Shown here piece after piece: positions 36,045 to 46,873 of a stretch of DNA of 64,000 bases; the stretch's first letter is position 1; every line of letters starts with the position of its first letter. The stretch comes from Candidatus Thiodiazotropha sp. DIVDIV. Its GTDB lineage: Bacteria > Pseudomonadota > Gammaproteobacteria > Chromatiales > Chromatiaceae. Where the stretch lies: the NCBI GenBank assembly GCA_040506275.1, contig JBEVXD010000006.1, positions 142,811-206,810 on the forward strand. The letters are read 5' to 3'. A model generated the notes under the pieces. The model ran no database searches. It was not told the origin of the DNA and saw only the letters and a list, made by a program, of their open reading frames with translations. Made by a program: the position numbers and the translations under genes.

Positions 36045-38627
36045 ATGCTCGAAACCTATCGTCTACACGTAGAAGAACGCGCTCAGCAAGGTATTCCCCC
36101 ACTGCCGTTGGATGCTCAGCAGGTCACCGATCTGGTGGAACTGCTAAAAAACCCACCAGCTGGTGAGGAGGAGGCCTTACTCGATCTTCTGACCAATCGA
36201 GTGCCGCCAGGTGTAGATGATGCTGCCTATGTAAAGGCGGGTTTCCTGGCTGCAGTCGCCAAAGGAGAAGCACAGAGTCCGTTGGTGGACAAACCCAAAG
36301 CAGTGGAATTGCTCGGCACCATGTTGGGTGGCTACAACATTCAGTCCCTGATCGAGATGATGGATGATGCCGAATTGGGTGAGTTGGCAGCTGAACAGCT
36401 GAAATTTACACTGCTGATGTTTGACGCCTTCCACGATGTGAAGGAGAAGGCCGATGCAGGTAGCACAAAAGCAAAGGCAGTGATGCAATCCTGGGCAGAT
36501 GCCGAGTGGTTCAAGCGCAAGCCAGATGTACCTGAAGAGATCAAGCTGACCGTCTTCAAAGTGACCGGTGAGACAAATACTGATGACCTCTCTCCAGCTC
36601 AGGATGCCTGGTCCCGTCCCGATATTCCATTGCATGCGCTGGCGATGCTCAAGAATGAGCGTGAAGGCATCCATGATGCCATAACCCAGATCGACCAGCT
36701 TAAAGAGAAGGGCAATATGGTGGCCTATGTGGGCGATGTTGTGGGCACTGGCTCCTCTCGTAAATCGGCTACCAACTCAGTACTCTGGACCACTGGTGTT
36801 GATATCCCTTTCGTGCCCAATAAGCGTCAGGGTGGCGTTGTGCTGGGGGGCAAAATTGCACCGATCTTTTTTAATACAGTGGAAGACTCCGGTGCTCTGC
36901 CTATTGAATGTCCGGTAGATCAGCTCAACATGGGGGATGTCATCGTACTCAAACCTTATGCGGGCAAAATCGAGACTGAGTCGGGTGAACTGCTCTCAGA
37001 GTTCACGCTCAAGACAGATGTAATACTGGACGAAGTGAAGGCTGGCGGACGTATTCCTCTAATCATCGGACGCTCACTCACCGAGCGGGCTCGTGAGGCA
37101 TTGGGACTGGAAGCGACCGATATCTTTCGTCGTCCTGTAGATCCAGAAAACTCCAGCAAGGGCTTTACTCTTGCTCAGAAGATTGTCGGCAAAGCCTGTG
37201 GTGTGAACGGCGTTCGTCCCGGTACCTATTGCGAGCCACGCATGAGCACCGTAGGTTCACAGGACACCACCGGCCCCATGACACGTGACGAGCTGAAAGA
37301 GCTGGCTTGCCTCGGCTTCAGTGCCGATCTGGTCATGCAGTCTTTCTGTCATACCGCTGCCTATCCCAAGCCGGTGGACATCAACACCCAACACACCCTG
37401 CCCGATTTTATCCAGAATCGAAGCGGTGTTTCCCTGCGTCCAGGTGACGGCATCATCCACTCCTGGCTCAATCGCATGCTGCTGCCCGACCAGGTGGGTA
37501 CAGGTGGCGACTCACACACCCGTTTCCCTCTTGGGATCTCTTTTCCTGCCGGTTCCGGGCTGGTGGCCTTCGGTGCTGCATTAGGTGTGATCCCTCTCGA
37601 TATGCCAGAGTCGGTACAAGTTAAGTTCACCGGTGAAATGCAACCAGGCATCACTCTGCGTGACCTGGTTAACGCCATTCCATACGCAGCAATTCAACGT
37701 GGATTACTGACAGTAGAGAAGCAGGGCAAGAAGAATGTATATAACGGCCGAATTCTTGAGATCCAGGGACTGCCTGACCTGACAGTAGAGCAGGCATTCG
37801 AACTCTCTGATGCCTCTGCCGAGCGTTCCGCTGGTGGCTGCACCATAGAGCTGACAGAGGAGTCTGTAGCTGACTACTTGCGCTCCAACATCACTATGCT
37901 GCGCTGGATGATCGAAAATGGTTATGAAGATGCACGCACCCTGGAACGTCGTGCCCGCTCTATGGAGGAGTGGTTGGAGAATCCGACCCTGATGCGTGCC
38001 GATGAAGATGCGGAGTATGCTGAGGTGATCGAGATCGATATGTCTCAGATCAAGGAGCCACTGCTTGCTTGTCCTAATGATCCTGACGATGTGAAGCCGC
38101 TGTCTGAGGTTCAGGGAACGAAGATCGACGAGGTCTTCATCGGCTCCTGTATGACGAATATCGGACATTTCAGAGCCACCGCCAAACTGCTGGAGGCATC
38201 GGGCGAAAGTATCCCAACCCGCCTCTGGCTGGCACCTCCCACCAAGATGGATGAGGCCCAACTGATGGAGGAGGGTGTCTATAACGTCTACGCTGGTGCG
38301 GGTGCACGGACTGAGATGCCAGGCTGTTCACTCTGTATGGGTAACCAGGCGAGGATTGCTGCGGGTTCGACAGCGGTATCCACATCAACCCGTAACTTTC
38401 CCAACCGTCTTGGCAAGGGGGCTGATGTCTATCTCTCTTCTGCTGAATTGGCTGCTGTTGCAGCGATCTTAGGTAAGCTGCCAACGATGGAAGAGTACAT
38501 GGCCTACGCGAGTAAGATCGATTCCATGTCACCTGAGATCTACAAGTATCTCAGCTTTGATAAGATGACAAAGTATGTAGAGTCGGCAAAACGGGGTCAA
38601 GAGTTAGCCGTTAAGCTAGCTGTCTGA
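36045..38627 (+). CDS. acnB: Aconitate hydratase B / 2-methylisocitrate dehydratase
   Basis: 860 aa. The AcnB-specific N-terminus is MLETYRLHVEERAQQGIPPLPL, followed by HEAT-like, swivel and catalytic domains. Fe-S ligand regions are GSCMTN and CSLCMGNQ. Confidence 0.95.
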   Translation: MLETYRLHVEERAQQGIPPLPLDAQQVTDLVELLKNPPAGEEEALLDLLTNRVPPGVDDAAYVKAGFLAAVAKGEAQSPLVDKPKAVELLGTMLGGYNIQSLIEMMDDAELGELAAEQLKFTLLMFDAFHDVKEKADAGSTKAKAVMQSWADAEWFKRKPDVPEEIKLTVFKVTGETNTDDLSPAQDAWSRPDIPLHALAMLKNEREGIHDAITQIDQLKEKGNMVAYVGDVVGTGSSRKSATNSVLWTTGVDIPFVPNKRQGGVVLGGKIAPIFFNTVEDSGALPIECPVDQLNMGDVIVLKPYAGKIETESGELLSEFTLKTDVILDEVKAGGRIPLIIGRSLTERAREALGLEATDIFRRPVDPENSSKGFTLAQKIVGKACGVNGVRPGTYCEPRMSTVGSQDTTGPMTRDELKELACLGFSADLVMQSFCHTAAYPKPVDINTQHTLPDFIQNRSGVSLRPGDGIIHSWLNRMLLPDQVGTGGDSHTRFPLGISFPAGSGLVAFGAALGVIPLDMPESVQVKFTGEMQPGITLRDLVNAIPYAAIQRGLLTVEKQGKKNVYNGRILEIQGLPDLTVEQAFELSDASAERSAGGCTIELTEESVADYLRSNITMLRWMIENGYEDARTLERRARSMEEWLENPTLMRADEDAEYAEVIEIDMSQIKEPLLACPNDPDDVKPLSEVQGTKIDEVFIGSCMTNIGHFRATAKLLEASGESIPTRLWLAPPTKMDEAQLMEEGVYNVYAGAGARTEMPGCSLCMGNQARIAAGSTAVSTSTRNFPNRLGKGADVYLSSAELAAVAAILGKLPTMEEYMAYASKIDSMSPEIYKYLSFDKMTKYVESAKRGQELAVKLAV

Positions 38628-38637
38628 TAGCGCTTTG

Positions 38638-38669
38638 TGTCGACAGTCTTGTTCTAAAGGCTGTCGACA
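38638..38669 (+). terminator. Hairpin after acnB (putative terminator)
   Basis: TGTCGACAG-N14-CTGTCGACA starts 10 nt after the stop. The downstream T-tract is weak. Confidence 0.35.
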
Positions 38670-39007
38670 TAGGGCTTATTTGTTGTGACTGTTCAGCATA
38701 GAGATCCACAGTTGTAGAATCGGCGCTGAATGTAAGGACAACCACGGTTTATAAAAACAGTAGTCTGGATAAGCTTTAGTGCATCCCAAAAAATCAACAA
38801 ATGGAATCTGTGGATGCAATTCGCTTATCCACCCTGCCGATTGATTGTCGTATAACAAAACAATCAGCAACAAGGGATGCTCCGCTATAAATGAGAATAA
38901 CTTAGTTGGCTTTGCAGGCAGGGATGAGAATCCAGAATAGACCAACCGTCACAACCTGAAATAATCGTGACGATCGGTGTTAAGAATGTAGACTACCAGC
39001 TATCAAT

Positions 39008-40063
39008 TTAGAGTATGGAGTCGTTCGGATACCTGATCAGTTCGATGGGACTGATGGTGATTAAGCCATCATTTCCATAGTTGACCCTATCTCTTCCGCG
39101 ACCACCGTCCAAAGTGTCGCAACCAGGACCACCGACTATATAATCCCGTCCTTTGTTACCTGAGATGTTATCGTTTCCGTATCCACCGCGAAGGTGATCG
39201 TTGCCCTTGCCGCCGGAGATGCTGTCATCTCCTGAGCCGCCATCGACATAGTCATGACCCTTACCAGCGTGAATATTATCATCACCCTGCATACCGTATA
39301 TGCGGTCATTTCCTTTACCGCCGAAGATGTTGTCGTTGCCATAGTTACCGAAGATAGTGTCACGGCCTTTATCACCACGGATTGTGTCGTTACCGCAGCC
39401 GCCATCGATCATGTCATTACCCTTACCGCCACGGATATTGTCATCGCCTCGGCCGCCATAGATACGGTCATTGCCTTTGCCTCCGAGGATATTGTCATTG
39501 CCGCAGCGTCCGAGGATGGTGTCATTGCCTTTATCGCCACGGATTGTGTCGTTACCGCAACCGCCATCGATCATGTCATTACCCTTACCGCCACGGATAT
39601 TGTCATCACCACGGCCGCCATAAATTTTATCGCTTCCTTTGCCACCTCTGATCGTGTCATTACCAGCACCACCGTATATGGTGTCATTACCCTTGCCGCC
39701 AATCAGGGTATCATTACCGCAACCACCATAGATTGTGTCGTTACCCTTACCACCATCAATGGTGATATTGTTCTTTGGTCCATACAACTGGTGACCTGTC
39801 ATGGTGATGGTATCATTGCCTCTGCCACCTTTAATCACCAGGTTTTTTGCCTCATCAGCAGTGAAATGGTGACACTCATTTCCATTGACTGTCACATCGA
39901 CAGAACCGTCTATGTTGGTGTGGACGTTGATTTTATCATTGCCGTTTCTAGCGTCTAGAACGACCTTTCCTGTGTTACCAAAACATCCTCTGTTACCACG
40001 ATCTACTGTGGTTGAGTTTGAACGTTCTGAGATACTTGCACGTATTGATGAGAAAAGACCCAT
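39008..40063 (-). CDS. RTX-type calcium-binding repeat protein
   Basis: 351 aa. About 25 consecutive GGxGxDxxx nonapeptides run through it (GGKGNDTIYGGAGNDTIRGGKGSDKIYGG...). There is no N-terminal signal peptide. Confidence 0.85.
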   Translation of the reverse strand: MGLFSSIRASISERSNSTTVDRGNRGCFGNTGKVVLDARNGNDKINVHTNIDGSVDVTVNGNECHHFTADEAKNLVIKGGRGNDTITMTGHQLYGPKNNITIDGGKGNDTIYGGCGNDTLIGGKGNDTIYGGAGNDTIRGGKGSDKIYGGRGDDNIRGGKGNDMIDGGCGNDTIRGDKGNDTILGRCGNDNILGGKGNDRIYGGRGDDNIRGGKGNDMIDGGCGNDTIRGDKGRDTIFGNYGNDNIFGGKGNDRIYGMQGDDNIHAGKGHDYVDGGSGDDSISGGKGNDHLRGGYGNDNISGNKGRDYIVGGPGCDTLDGGRGRDRVNYGNDGLITISPIELIRYPNDSIL

Positions 40064-40320
40064 TATCGTTCTCCCTGATAATTATGTTCTTGAATGAATC
40101 ATTGATACGAATTCCTTTAGAACTATTAAACAACCGAAAGAAGCAATAATATAGATGGGAATCACCCTAGCTAGGGTTAGCCCTGATATATAAATTTGTT
40201 AGCTGAATGTCGGGAGGTGTTGGGAAGTATCTACAAAAACCAGGTTGTACAAGTAGCCTTGAAACAGTTCAAATAATAATAGTCAGGCCAGATTAGGAAC
40301 GGGGCACTGTGCAGCCACAG

Positions 40321-40345
40321 AAAACCCTGCAAGCAGGGTTTTTAC
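40321..40345 (-). terminator. Rho-independent terminator downstream of tRNA-Leu
   Basis: On the minus strand the sequence reads AAAAACCCTGC-TTGC-AGGGTTTT, a GC-rich stem flanked by A and T runs, so it may act bidirectionally. Confidence 0.6.
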
Positions 40346-40378
40346 CGCTTTTGGTAGTCTGTGATGATTTTTGAGATA

Positions 40379-40465
40379 TGGTGCCGAGGAGAGGACTTGA
40401 ACCTCCACGGGGTTGCCCCCACTAGCACCTGAAGCTAGCGTGTCTACCAATTTCACCACCTCGGC
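40379..40465 (-). tRNA. tRNA-Leu (anticodon CAG)
   Basis: The reverse complement is GCCGAGGTGGTGAAATTGGTAGACACGCTAGCTTCAGGTGCTAGTGGGGGCAACCCCGTGGAGGTTCAAGTCCTCTCCTCGGCACCA. It has a 7-bp acceptor stem, a long variable arm, GTTCAAGTC in the T-loop, a CTTCAGG anticodon loop and an encoded CCA. Confidence 0.92.
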
Positions 40466-40741
40466 AGATGTGGTTTACCGGCGCCAGACCGGTTGGAGAC
40501 CGCGAACTCTACAACCAGTTCCCGCTTCTGTCAATCTTTGGGTTGCCTTGATTTTGCCGTAGTCCTGCTGTTCTTCTTAGTCGGGTAATCAGCAGATCGG
40601 TTCAGTTCACCATCATTGGAGTCAATGTTTGATTCGGAGCGGCTTTTCTCTATGCATTCCCCTGTTCCATTTAGTTCTGAATTTGGCAGTCAATATGAGA
40701 CACTATGTTTATATTTCTTGAGTTTAAATGGACCTTTATTA

Positions 40742-41575
40742 ATGACGCCGCGCTACCTGAACGATACTCTGATCTTGAAGCTGTTGATTCTCTGCTTGCT
40801 GTTGACTAGTCACTCAGCTATGGGCCTGACACTGGAAGGTGATTATGTTCAGGGGGGGATGCTGATAGGCGATGTGTCGGCCGGAGACAGTGTCCAGTTC
40901 AATGGAAAACAGGTGAAAGTCTCTAAAAGTGGTGAGTTTTTGCTCGGCTTTGACCGGGATGCACCATTAAGTCATAAGATAGTGGTGAGTCGTGAGGGCC
41001 AACCAAAACAGTCAAGGCAGTTCACCATCAAGAAGCGTAAGTATCAGATTCAAAATATCGATGGTCTGCCACCCAGCAAGGTAACTCCCCCTAAACGCAA
41101 TTGGGATAGAATCAAAAAGGAAGTGGCTTTAGTCAAGCAGGCCCGTAAGCTGAATGAGGATCGCAGTGACTTCCAAAGTGGCTTTATTTGGCCATCTAAA
41201 GGGGTGATCTCCGGGGTGTTCGGTAGTCAGAGAGTACTCAATGGTAAACCTAAAAGACCCCATTACGGTGTGGATGTTGCTGCCCCAGTAGGTACCTTGG
41301 TCGTTTCTCCTGCTGATGGCGTGGTGACAATGACACATCCAGATATGTTCTATTCAGGGGGAACCTTGATCATTGATCATGGTCTTCATCTTTCGTCCTC
41401 GTTTTTGCATCTGAGTAAAATTCTGGTGCAGGAGGGCGATGTGGTGAAGCAGGGGGATCCAATTGCAGAGATTGGGGCGACAGGTCGTGTGACTGGTCCC
41501 CATCTGGATTGGCGTATGAACTTGGGAGCTGCACGGATTGATCCCCAGCTGCTGGTACCTCCAATGCCAAAGTAG
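40742..41575 (+). CDS. M23-family metallopeptidase (peptidoglycan endopeptidase)
   Basis: M23 motifs are HYGVDVAAPVGTLV and LDWRMNLG preceded by HLHLS-type His residues (SSSFLHLSKI). The start is set at ATG 40742, ahead of a hydrophobic signal sequence. Confidence 0.85.
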   Translation: MTPRYLNDTLILKLLILCLLLTSHSAMGLTLEGDYVQGGMLIGDVSAGDSVQFNGKQVKVSKSGEFLLGFDRDAPLSHKIVVSREGQPKQSRQFTIKKRKYQIQNIDGLPPSKVTPPKRNWDRIKKEVALVKQARKLNEDRSDFQSGFIWPSKGVISGVFGSQRVLNGKPKRPHYGVDVAAPVGTLVVSPADGVVTMTHPDMFYSGGTLIIDHGLHLSSSFLHLSKILVQEGDVVKQGDPIAEIGATGRVTGPHLDWRMNLGAARIDPQLLVPPMPK

Positions 41576-41690
41576 TACCGGAATTCAATGGGGTAGGGTT
41601 GGAGTCACTCTTTGGCCTATCTATGATAAAGTGCCCCTCAATCTGAATTTGTATTCTCTTCTCTTAATTAATGGAAAAATAATGGGACCG

Positions 41691-43001
41691 ATGAAGCAGC
41701 TGGTGAAACTTTTCCTGATCTGTTGGATTCCTTTAACCCAGGCGGATGATTTGATGTCAATCTATCGCCTTGCGCTGGATAATGATCCACAACTGCAAGC
41801 CGCACAAGAGCAGCTGAACTCTGCCCGTGAGTCGAAGAGTTTAGCCCGCTCCCAGCTGTTACCCACTGTCGGGTTGGGTGGAACCTATGATGCGGTCCGT
41901 AGTGATGTTAAAACACTGCAAGGTAGTTCCGTTGATGAGACCAGCACCTATCGCGAGAGTGGCCTGGGGTTGAATCTGACCCAACCTATCTACCGTCGTG
42001 ATCGTCTTGTGCAGCTGGAACAGGCAGATAGCACAATTGCCCAGGCTGAAGCAGAATTTGCCTCAGCTGAAATTGACTTGATGGTACGCAGCACCACCGC
42101 CTATTTTGATATTCTCTCGGCTGAGGATGATCTAAGGGTGGCCAATGCTGAGCGTGAAGCCACCGGCAGACAGTTGGAACAAGCACAACAACGGTTCGAT
42201 GTGGGGTTGATCGCAATCACTGATGTGCATGAGGCAAAAGCGGCCTACGATGCTGCCAGAGCTGCAGAGATTGCTGCTGAAAACAGTCTGGATAATGCCT
42301 GGGAGGCACTCTACGAGATAGTAGGTCCCCAGGCTAAAAGCGACTTGGCCAAGCTGGGTGATGGCCTGCTGTTGAACCCTCCGGTACCCAACAAGCTACA
42401 AGACTGGTCAGATACTGCTCAACAGCAGAACTACAGCATTATTGCAGCCCGTTCCAATCTCAAGGTGCTTGAGCAGGAGATCGATGTCAGTAAATCGGGC
42501 CACTACCCGACCCTGGACCTGGTTGGTGGCTACTCGATGAATCGAAGCGACAGCGATAGAGCAACCGAAGCGGATACGGGCAGAATCGGTCTCTCACTGG
42601 AAGTGCCTCTCTATACTGGTGGTGCTGTGAGCGCCTCCACACGCCAATCCCGGGCCAACTTTCGTGCTGCTCAGCAGGGCCTGGATCAGACCCGACGTTC
42701 TGTGAATCGGCAGGTGAGGGACGCCTTTCGTGGCGTGCTATCCACCATCAGTCAGGTTGAGGCCTTGAAAGCGGCGACTATCTCTGCTCAAAGTGCTTTG
42801 GAATCGACTCAGGCTGGTTATGAGGTGGGTACCCGTACCATCGTCGATGTGTTGAATGTTCAGCGAAATCTCTTCTCCTCACAACGGGACTATCTCAACT
42901 CCCGCTATGGCTACATTCTCAACGGTCTCGCACTCAAGTCGGCAGCCGGTACCCTGAGTGAAAAGGATCTTGAAAATGTCAATGGATGGCTGGAAAAGTG
43001 A
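41691..43001 (+). CDS. tolC: Outer membrane channel protein TolC
   Basis: The signal peptide is MKQLVKLFLICWIPLTQA. It is followed by LMSIYRLALDNDPQLQAAQ and the duplicated coiled-coil/beta-barrel repeats characteristic of TolC. Confidence 0.85.
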   Translation: MKQLVKLFLICWIPLTQADDLMSIYRLALDNDPQLQAAQEQLNSARESKSLARSQLLPTVGLGGTYDAVRSDVKTLQGSSVDETSTYRESGLGLNLTQPIYRRDRLVQLEQADSTIAQAEAEFASAEIDLMVRSTTAYFDILSAEDDLRVANAEREATGRQLEQAQQRFDVGLIAITDVHEAKAAYDAARAAEIAAENSLDNAWEALYEIVGPQAKSDLAKLGDGLLLNPPVPNKLQDWSDTAQQQNYSIIAARSNLKVLEQEIDVSKSGHYPTLDLVGGYSMNRSDSDRATEADTGRIGLSLEVPLYTGGAVSASTRQSRANFRAAQQGLDQTRRSVNRQVRDAFRGVLSTISQVEALKAATISAQSALESTQAGYEVGTRTIVDVLNVQRNLFSSQRDYLNSRYGYILNGLALKSAAGTLSEKDLENVNGWLEK

Positions 43002-43023
43002 TTGTATTTAAGGGGTAGAATCT

Positions 43024-44112
43024 GTGTCTGGTAATACCATTGGCAAACTCTTTACGGTGACCTCTTTTGGAGAGTCACATGGTCCGGCTATTGGTTGCAT
43101 CGTCGATGGTTGTCCGCCTGGAATGGCCCTTTCCACTGAGGATCTTCAACAGGATCTCGATCGTCGCAAACCAGGTACCTCGCGCCACACCACTCAACGC
43201 CGGGAAGCGGACGAGGTAGAGATTCTCTCTGGGGTTTTTGAAGGTAAGACTACCGGTACACCGATTGGTCTGATGATCCACAATACCGATCAACGTTCAA
43301 AAGATTACTCCGATATTATGGACCGCTTCCGTCCAGGTCATGCGGACTACACCTATAACCAGAAATATGGTTTTCGGGACTATCGGGGGGGTGGACGCTC
43401 TTCGGCCAGAGAGACGGCAATGCGGGTTGCTGCCGGTGGCATCGCCAAAAAGTATCTATACGAGAGATATGGAATCGAGGTTCGGGGTTATCTTTCGCAG
43501 CTTGGCCCGATTCGCATTGAACAGCTTGATTGGGATCAGGTTGATAAAAACCCCTTCTTCTCTCCAGATGCGGACAAGGTTTCAGAAATGGAAGCCTATA
43601 TGGATGCCCTGCGCAAAGAGGGTAACTCTGTTGGTGCCCGTATCAACGTAGTGGCCAGCGGTATGATGGCAGGTCTGGGTGAGCCAATCTTCGATCGCCT
43701 AGATGCAGATCTGGCCCATGCCTTGATGAGTATCAACGCGGTCAAAGGGGTGGAGATTGGGGATGGCTTTCTGGCTGTTGAGCAGAAAGGTACTGAACAT
43801 CGGGATGAGATGACACCCGATGGTTTTCTCACCAACCATGCGGGTGGCGTATTGGGGGGTATCTCCAGCGGTCAGGATCTGATCGCCTCGATTGCACTCA
43901 AGCCAACTTCAAGCCTTCGTCTGCCCGGTCAGACGGTCAACCGTTCCGGCGAATCTGTCGAGGTGGTGACACAAGGGCGTCATGATCCCTGTGTGGGTAT
44001 TCGTGCCACCCCGATTGCTGAAGCCATGATGGCAATAGTTGTCCTGGATCATATATTACGTAATCGTGGTCAGAATATGGATGTCCAGTCAGGTCTCGCA
44101 GATCTCGGCTAA
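43024..44112 (+). CDS. aroC: Chorismate synthase
   Basis: [32 protein letters not shown] and [11 protein letters not shown] are canonical AroC motifs. The start is GTG. Confidence 0.95.
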   Translation: MSGNTIGKLFTVTSFGESHGPAIGCIVDGCPPGMALSTEDLQQDLDRRKPGTSRHTTQRREADEVEILSGVFEGKTTGTPIGLMIHNTDQRSKDYSDIMDRFRPGHADYTYNQKYGFRDYRGGGRSSARETAMRVAAGGIAKKYLYERYGIEVRGYLSQLGPIRIEQLDWDQVDKNPFFSPDADKVSEMEAYMDALRKEGNSVGARINVVASGMMAGLGEPIFDRLDADLAHALMSINAVKGVEIGDGFLAVEQKGTEHRDEMTPDGFLTNHAGGVLGGISSGQDLIASIALKPTSSLRLPGQTVNRSGESVEVVTQGRHDPCVGIRATPIAEAMMAIVVLDHILRNRGQNMDVQSGLADLG

Positions 44113-44116
44113 CAGG

Positions 44117-45265
44117 ATGCCTTACTGGCGCCTATCGGGTTTCTACTTCTTCTACTTTGCATCCCTGGGTGCGCTTCTGCCTTTTTGGGGGCTCTATCTT
44201 CAGGATCGCGGCTTTTCGCCAGCACAGATTGGTGAATTGATGGCGGTCATTATGGTGACCAAGTTGATTGCCCCTAACATCTGGGGATGGATCAGTGATC
44301 ATACTGGTCGGCGTATGCCAATTGTTCGATTGGCCTCTCTACTCTCTGTGATCTGCTTCCTTGGTGTCTTCTTTGTTGATGGTTATTGGGCGCTTGCGCT
44401 AGTCATGATGCTATTCAGTTTCTTCTGGAATGCCTCATTGCCTCAATTCGAGGCGGTGACCATGAGCTATCTACGGGAGCGTATCCAACACTACAGTCGC
44501 ATTCGTCTTTGGGGTTCAGTCGGATTTATTATCGCGGTATTGGTGTTGGGATTCCTATTGGAGCGCTGGGGTGTGGGAGTAGTGCCACAAATTGTTTTGT
44601 TCGTCTATATAGGTATCTTTTTAAACAGTTTGCTGGTGCCTGAAAAAGAGGCGGGTCTCTCCCCCAAAGGACAGGGATCGATACTTGAGGTGCTAAAACG
44701 CAGGGATATCATCGCTTTTTTGTTGGTTTGTTTTCTGATGCAGGCAAGTCACAGTGCCTACTATGCTTTCTATTCAATTTTTATGGAGGGGATCGGTTAC
44801 AGTAGTAGCGTGATCGGCCAGTTGTGGGCCTTGGGTGTTGTTGCTGAAGTCCTGGTGTTTCTGATTATGCACCGCCTGTTACATCGATGGGGGGCGCGGA
44901 ACGTATTAATTGTCAGTCTGATGATTGCGGTGATTCGGTGGATACTGGTTGCCTGGGGTTCAGAGAATCTGCTGCTGGTATTGCTGGCGCAACTGATGCA
45001 CGCCGCTACATTTGGTACTTTTCATGCAGCTGCCATCCATATGGTTCATCACTATTTTGTTGGTCGTCACCAGGGACGGGGGCAAGCGCTCTACAGCAGT
45101 ATCAGTTTTGGTGCCGGAGGAGCGGTGGGTAGCCTCATGAGTGGCTATCTTTGGAGTGGTATTGGGCCTGAGATGGCCTATTGGGCTGCCGCTGTTTATG
45201 CATTGATTGCTGTATTCATCGCCAGCAGATGGATCGATCGGCAGGAAGCGCCATTGGTTGGCTGA
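44117..45265 (+). CDS. MFS transporter (HcaT/PPP-like)
   Basis: It has 12 predicted TM helices and the N-terminus MPYWRLSGFYFFYFASLGALLPFWGLYLQDRGFS. ATG at 44117 follows the aroC stop. Confidence 0.8.
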   Translation: MPYWRLSGFYFFYFASLGALLPFWGLYLQDRGFSPAQIGELMAVIMVTKLIAPNIWGWISDHTGRRMPIVRLASLLSVICFLGVFFVDGYWALALVMMLFSFFWNASLPQFEAVTMSYLRERIQHYSRIRLWGSVGFIIAVLVLGFLLERWGVGVVPQIVLFVYIGIFLNSLLVPEKEAGLSPKGQGSILEVLKRRDIIAFLLVCFLMQASHSAYYAFYSIFMEGIGYSSSVIGQLWALGVVAEVLVFLIMHRLLHRWGARNVLIVSLMIAVIRWILVAWGSENLLLVLLAQLMHAATFGTFHAAAIHMVHHYFVGRHQGRGQALYSSISFGAGGAVGSLMSGYLWSGIGPEMAYWAAAVYALIAVFIASRWIDRQEAPLVG

Positions 45266-45296
45266 TCGTTACCTTATTTACCGCATGGCCCACTAG
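45261..45296. repeat. Solo terminal repeat of MITE-like family A
   Basis: GCTGATCGTTACCTTATTTACCGCATGGCCCACTAG is identical in pattern to the right ends at 8270-8305 and 62461-62497. It contains the TGA stop of the MFS gene. Confidence 0.65.
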
Positions 45297-45438
45297 ATAT
45301 GGATTGCAACCCCTTATCGACTTGACACTACTGAGGTAGATGAGTAACTTCCGCATCTGTTGCGCTGCAGCATATCTGCCAATGTTGGCGAAACAACGGC
45401 ATTTCTTTACAACCTTGATTCTCTCCGGAGCTCCTTAA

Positions 45439-45867
45439 ATGGCCATCGAACGCACCTTTTCCATTATTAAACCTGACGCTGTAGCAAAAAACCTGATCGG
45501 TAAAATTTATGCTCGTTTCGAAGACGCTGGTCTGAAGATCGTTGCATCTCGGATGCTGCATCTCTCCCGGGAACAGGCTGGGGAATTTTATGCTGTGCAC
45601 AAGGAGCGTCCTTTCTACAATGACCTTATCGATTTCATGACCTCTGGTCCGGTGATGGTACAGTGCCTGGAAGGTGAGAACGCCATCAATCGTAATCGCG
45701 AGATCATGGGGGCCACTAATCCTCAAGAAGCGGCTTCAGGAACTATTCGTGCAGATTTCGCTGAGACTGTGGATGAAAATGCAGTTCATGGTTCAGACGG
45801 ACCGGATACCGCAAAAGTGGAAATTGAGTTTTTCTTCCCTGAAGGGATCTGCGAGCGTACCCGCTAA
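45439..45867 (+). CDS. ndk: Nucleoside diphosphate kinase
   Basis: [15 protein letters not shown]...NAVHGSD (active-site His) is the canonical Ndk sequence. Confidence 0.95.
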   Translation: MAIERTFSIIKPDAVAKNLIGKIYARFEDAGLKIVASRMLHLSREQAGEFYAVHKERPFYNDLIDFMTSGPVMVQCLEGENAINRNREIMGATNPQEAASGTIRADFAETVDENAVHGSDGPDTAKVEIEFFFPEGICERTR

Positions 45868-46751
45868 CCGACACTATGATCGCCATGGGCCAGTAGTTGC
45901 TGGCGCATGGCGTTTGCCGCATTGGAGAGCGTCCTCTTACGGTGCGTCACAATTCCTAGCGACCGGTTCAGCTGTAGTTCCGGGACCTCAATTTTCCGAA
46001 TCTCACCTCCCTCCAGGAATATTTCCGGAAGCAAACTCCAACCCAGGCCGATATTGGTCATCATTTTAAGTGTCTCCAGATAGTCTGTGGCAAGGGTGCA
46101 GTCTACTTCGAGTTGCAGTTGTTTGATCGACTGCTCCAGTAGCGTTCGTGTGTAGGTGCCTTTTGTCGGCAGAACCGCCGGATATTCGATCAGTTGTGAT
46201 GCTGATATGGTTCTCTGCTGAGCCAGATCGTGATCCGGGCCAACTGCGACACAAAGTGGATCATGCCAAATCCTCTGAGTATCCAAGGTATCGATTGGAT
46301 TGAGGGGGAGGGTGACAACCGCCATCTCCAACTCACTGTGCTCCACTGCCTGGCAGGCCTTTTCAGATTCCATGAAACGAATATCCAGTGCTACTTTTGG
46401 ATAGCAGTCTGTAAAGCGTCTGAGTACAGGCGGGAGTCGATGCAGACCGATATGGTGGCTGGTGCCCATGATCAGTTGGCCGGAGATCTCTCCTGAGAGA
46501 TTCGAAAGTTCCCGCTGTATATCCGCCATCTCCTGGAGGATCTGTTCGGCTCTGGGTAGTAGCTGTTGTCCAGCTTCGGTGAGAAAGACCTGACGTCCGA
46601 CTCGATCGAAAAGGCGTACAGAGAGTTCGTTCTCAAGGCTGGCCACTCGCTTGCTAACGGCGGGTTGAGTCAAATAGAGGGTTTCCCCTGCAAGAGAGAA
46701 TGACCCTTCCCGGGCAACCTGAACAAAGGCGCGGAGTGATGCAAAGTCCAT
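45864..46751 (-). CDS. LysR-family transcriptional regulator
   Basis: The HTH region is [40 protein letters not shown]. It is divergent from leuC. Confidence 0.85.
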   Translation of the reverse strand: MDFASLRAFVQVAREGSFSLAGETLYLTQPAVSKRVASLENELSVRLFDRVGRQVFLTEAGQQLLPRAEQILQEMADIQRELSNLSGEISGQLIMGTSHHIGLHRLPPVLRRFTDCYPKVALDIRFMESEKACQAVEHSELEMAVVTLPLNPIDTLDTQRIWHDPLCVAVGPDHDLAQQRTISASQLIEYPAVLPTKGTYTRTLLEQSIKQLQLEVDCTLATDYLETLKMMTNIGLGWSLLPEIFLEGGEIRKIEVPELQLNRSLGIVTHRKRTLSNAANAMRQQLLAHGDHSVG

Positions 46752-46873
46752 ATCTATTCCTAATTGGAATTAAAATAATGAAAAATATGAATTTGTATTA
46801 TGTAGCACACTCCCCTATGTTTTGACTACCCGCCGGATCAGTTTTTTCGGCAGATCAGCAACAGGAGAGAGTG

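Noticed and set aside
36177-38532. Minus-strand ORFs of 165, 185 and 120 aa inside acnB
   Set aside because: They overlap a highly conserved 860-aa acnB frame and their translations are Cys/His/Arg-rich nonsense. They are shadow ORFs.
38676-38945. 89-aa minus-strand ORF between acnB and the RTX gene
   Set aside because: It has no motif and no RBS, and it contains a REP-like fragment (GGATAAGCGAA). It is possibly real but unsupported.
39254-39958. 234-aa plus-strand ORF (and 89-aa ORFs) antisense to the RTX gene
   Set aside because: It is a low-complexity translation (VITATAID… repeats) produced by reading the GGxGxD codon repeats on the opposite strand. The sense RTX reading is far more plausible.
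45328-46069. ORFs 45328-45726 (-) and 45674-46069 (+) overlapping ndk and the LysR gene
   Set aside because: ndk and the LysR regulator are unambiguous in the other frames or strands, so these are shadow ORFs.
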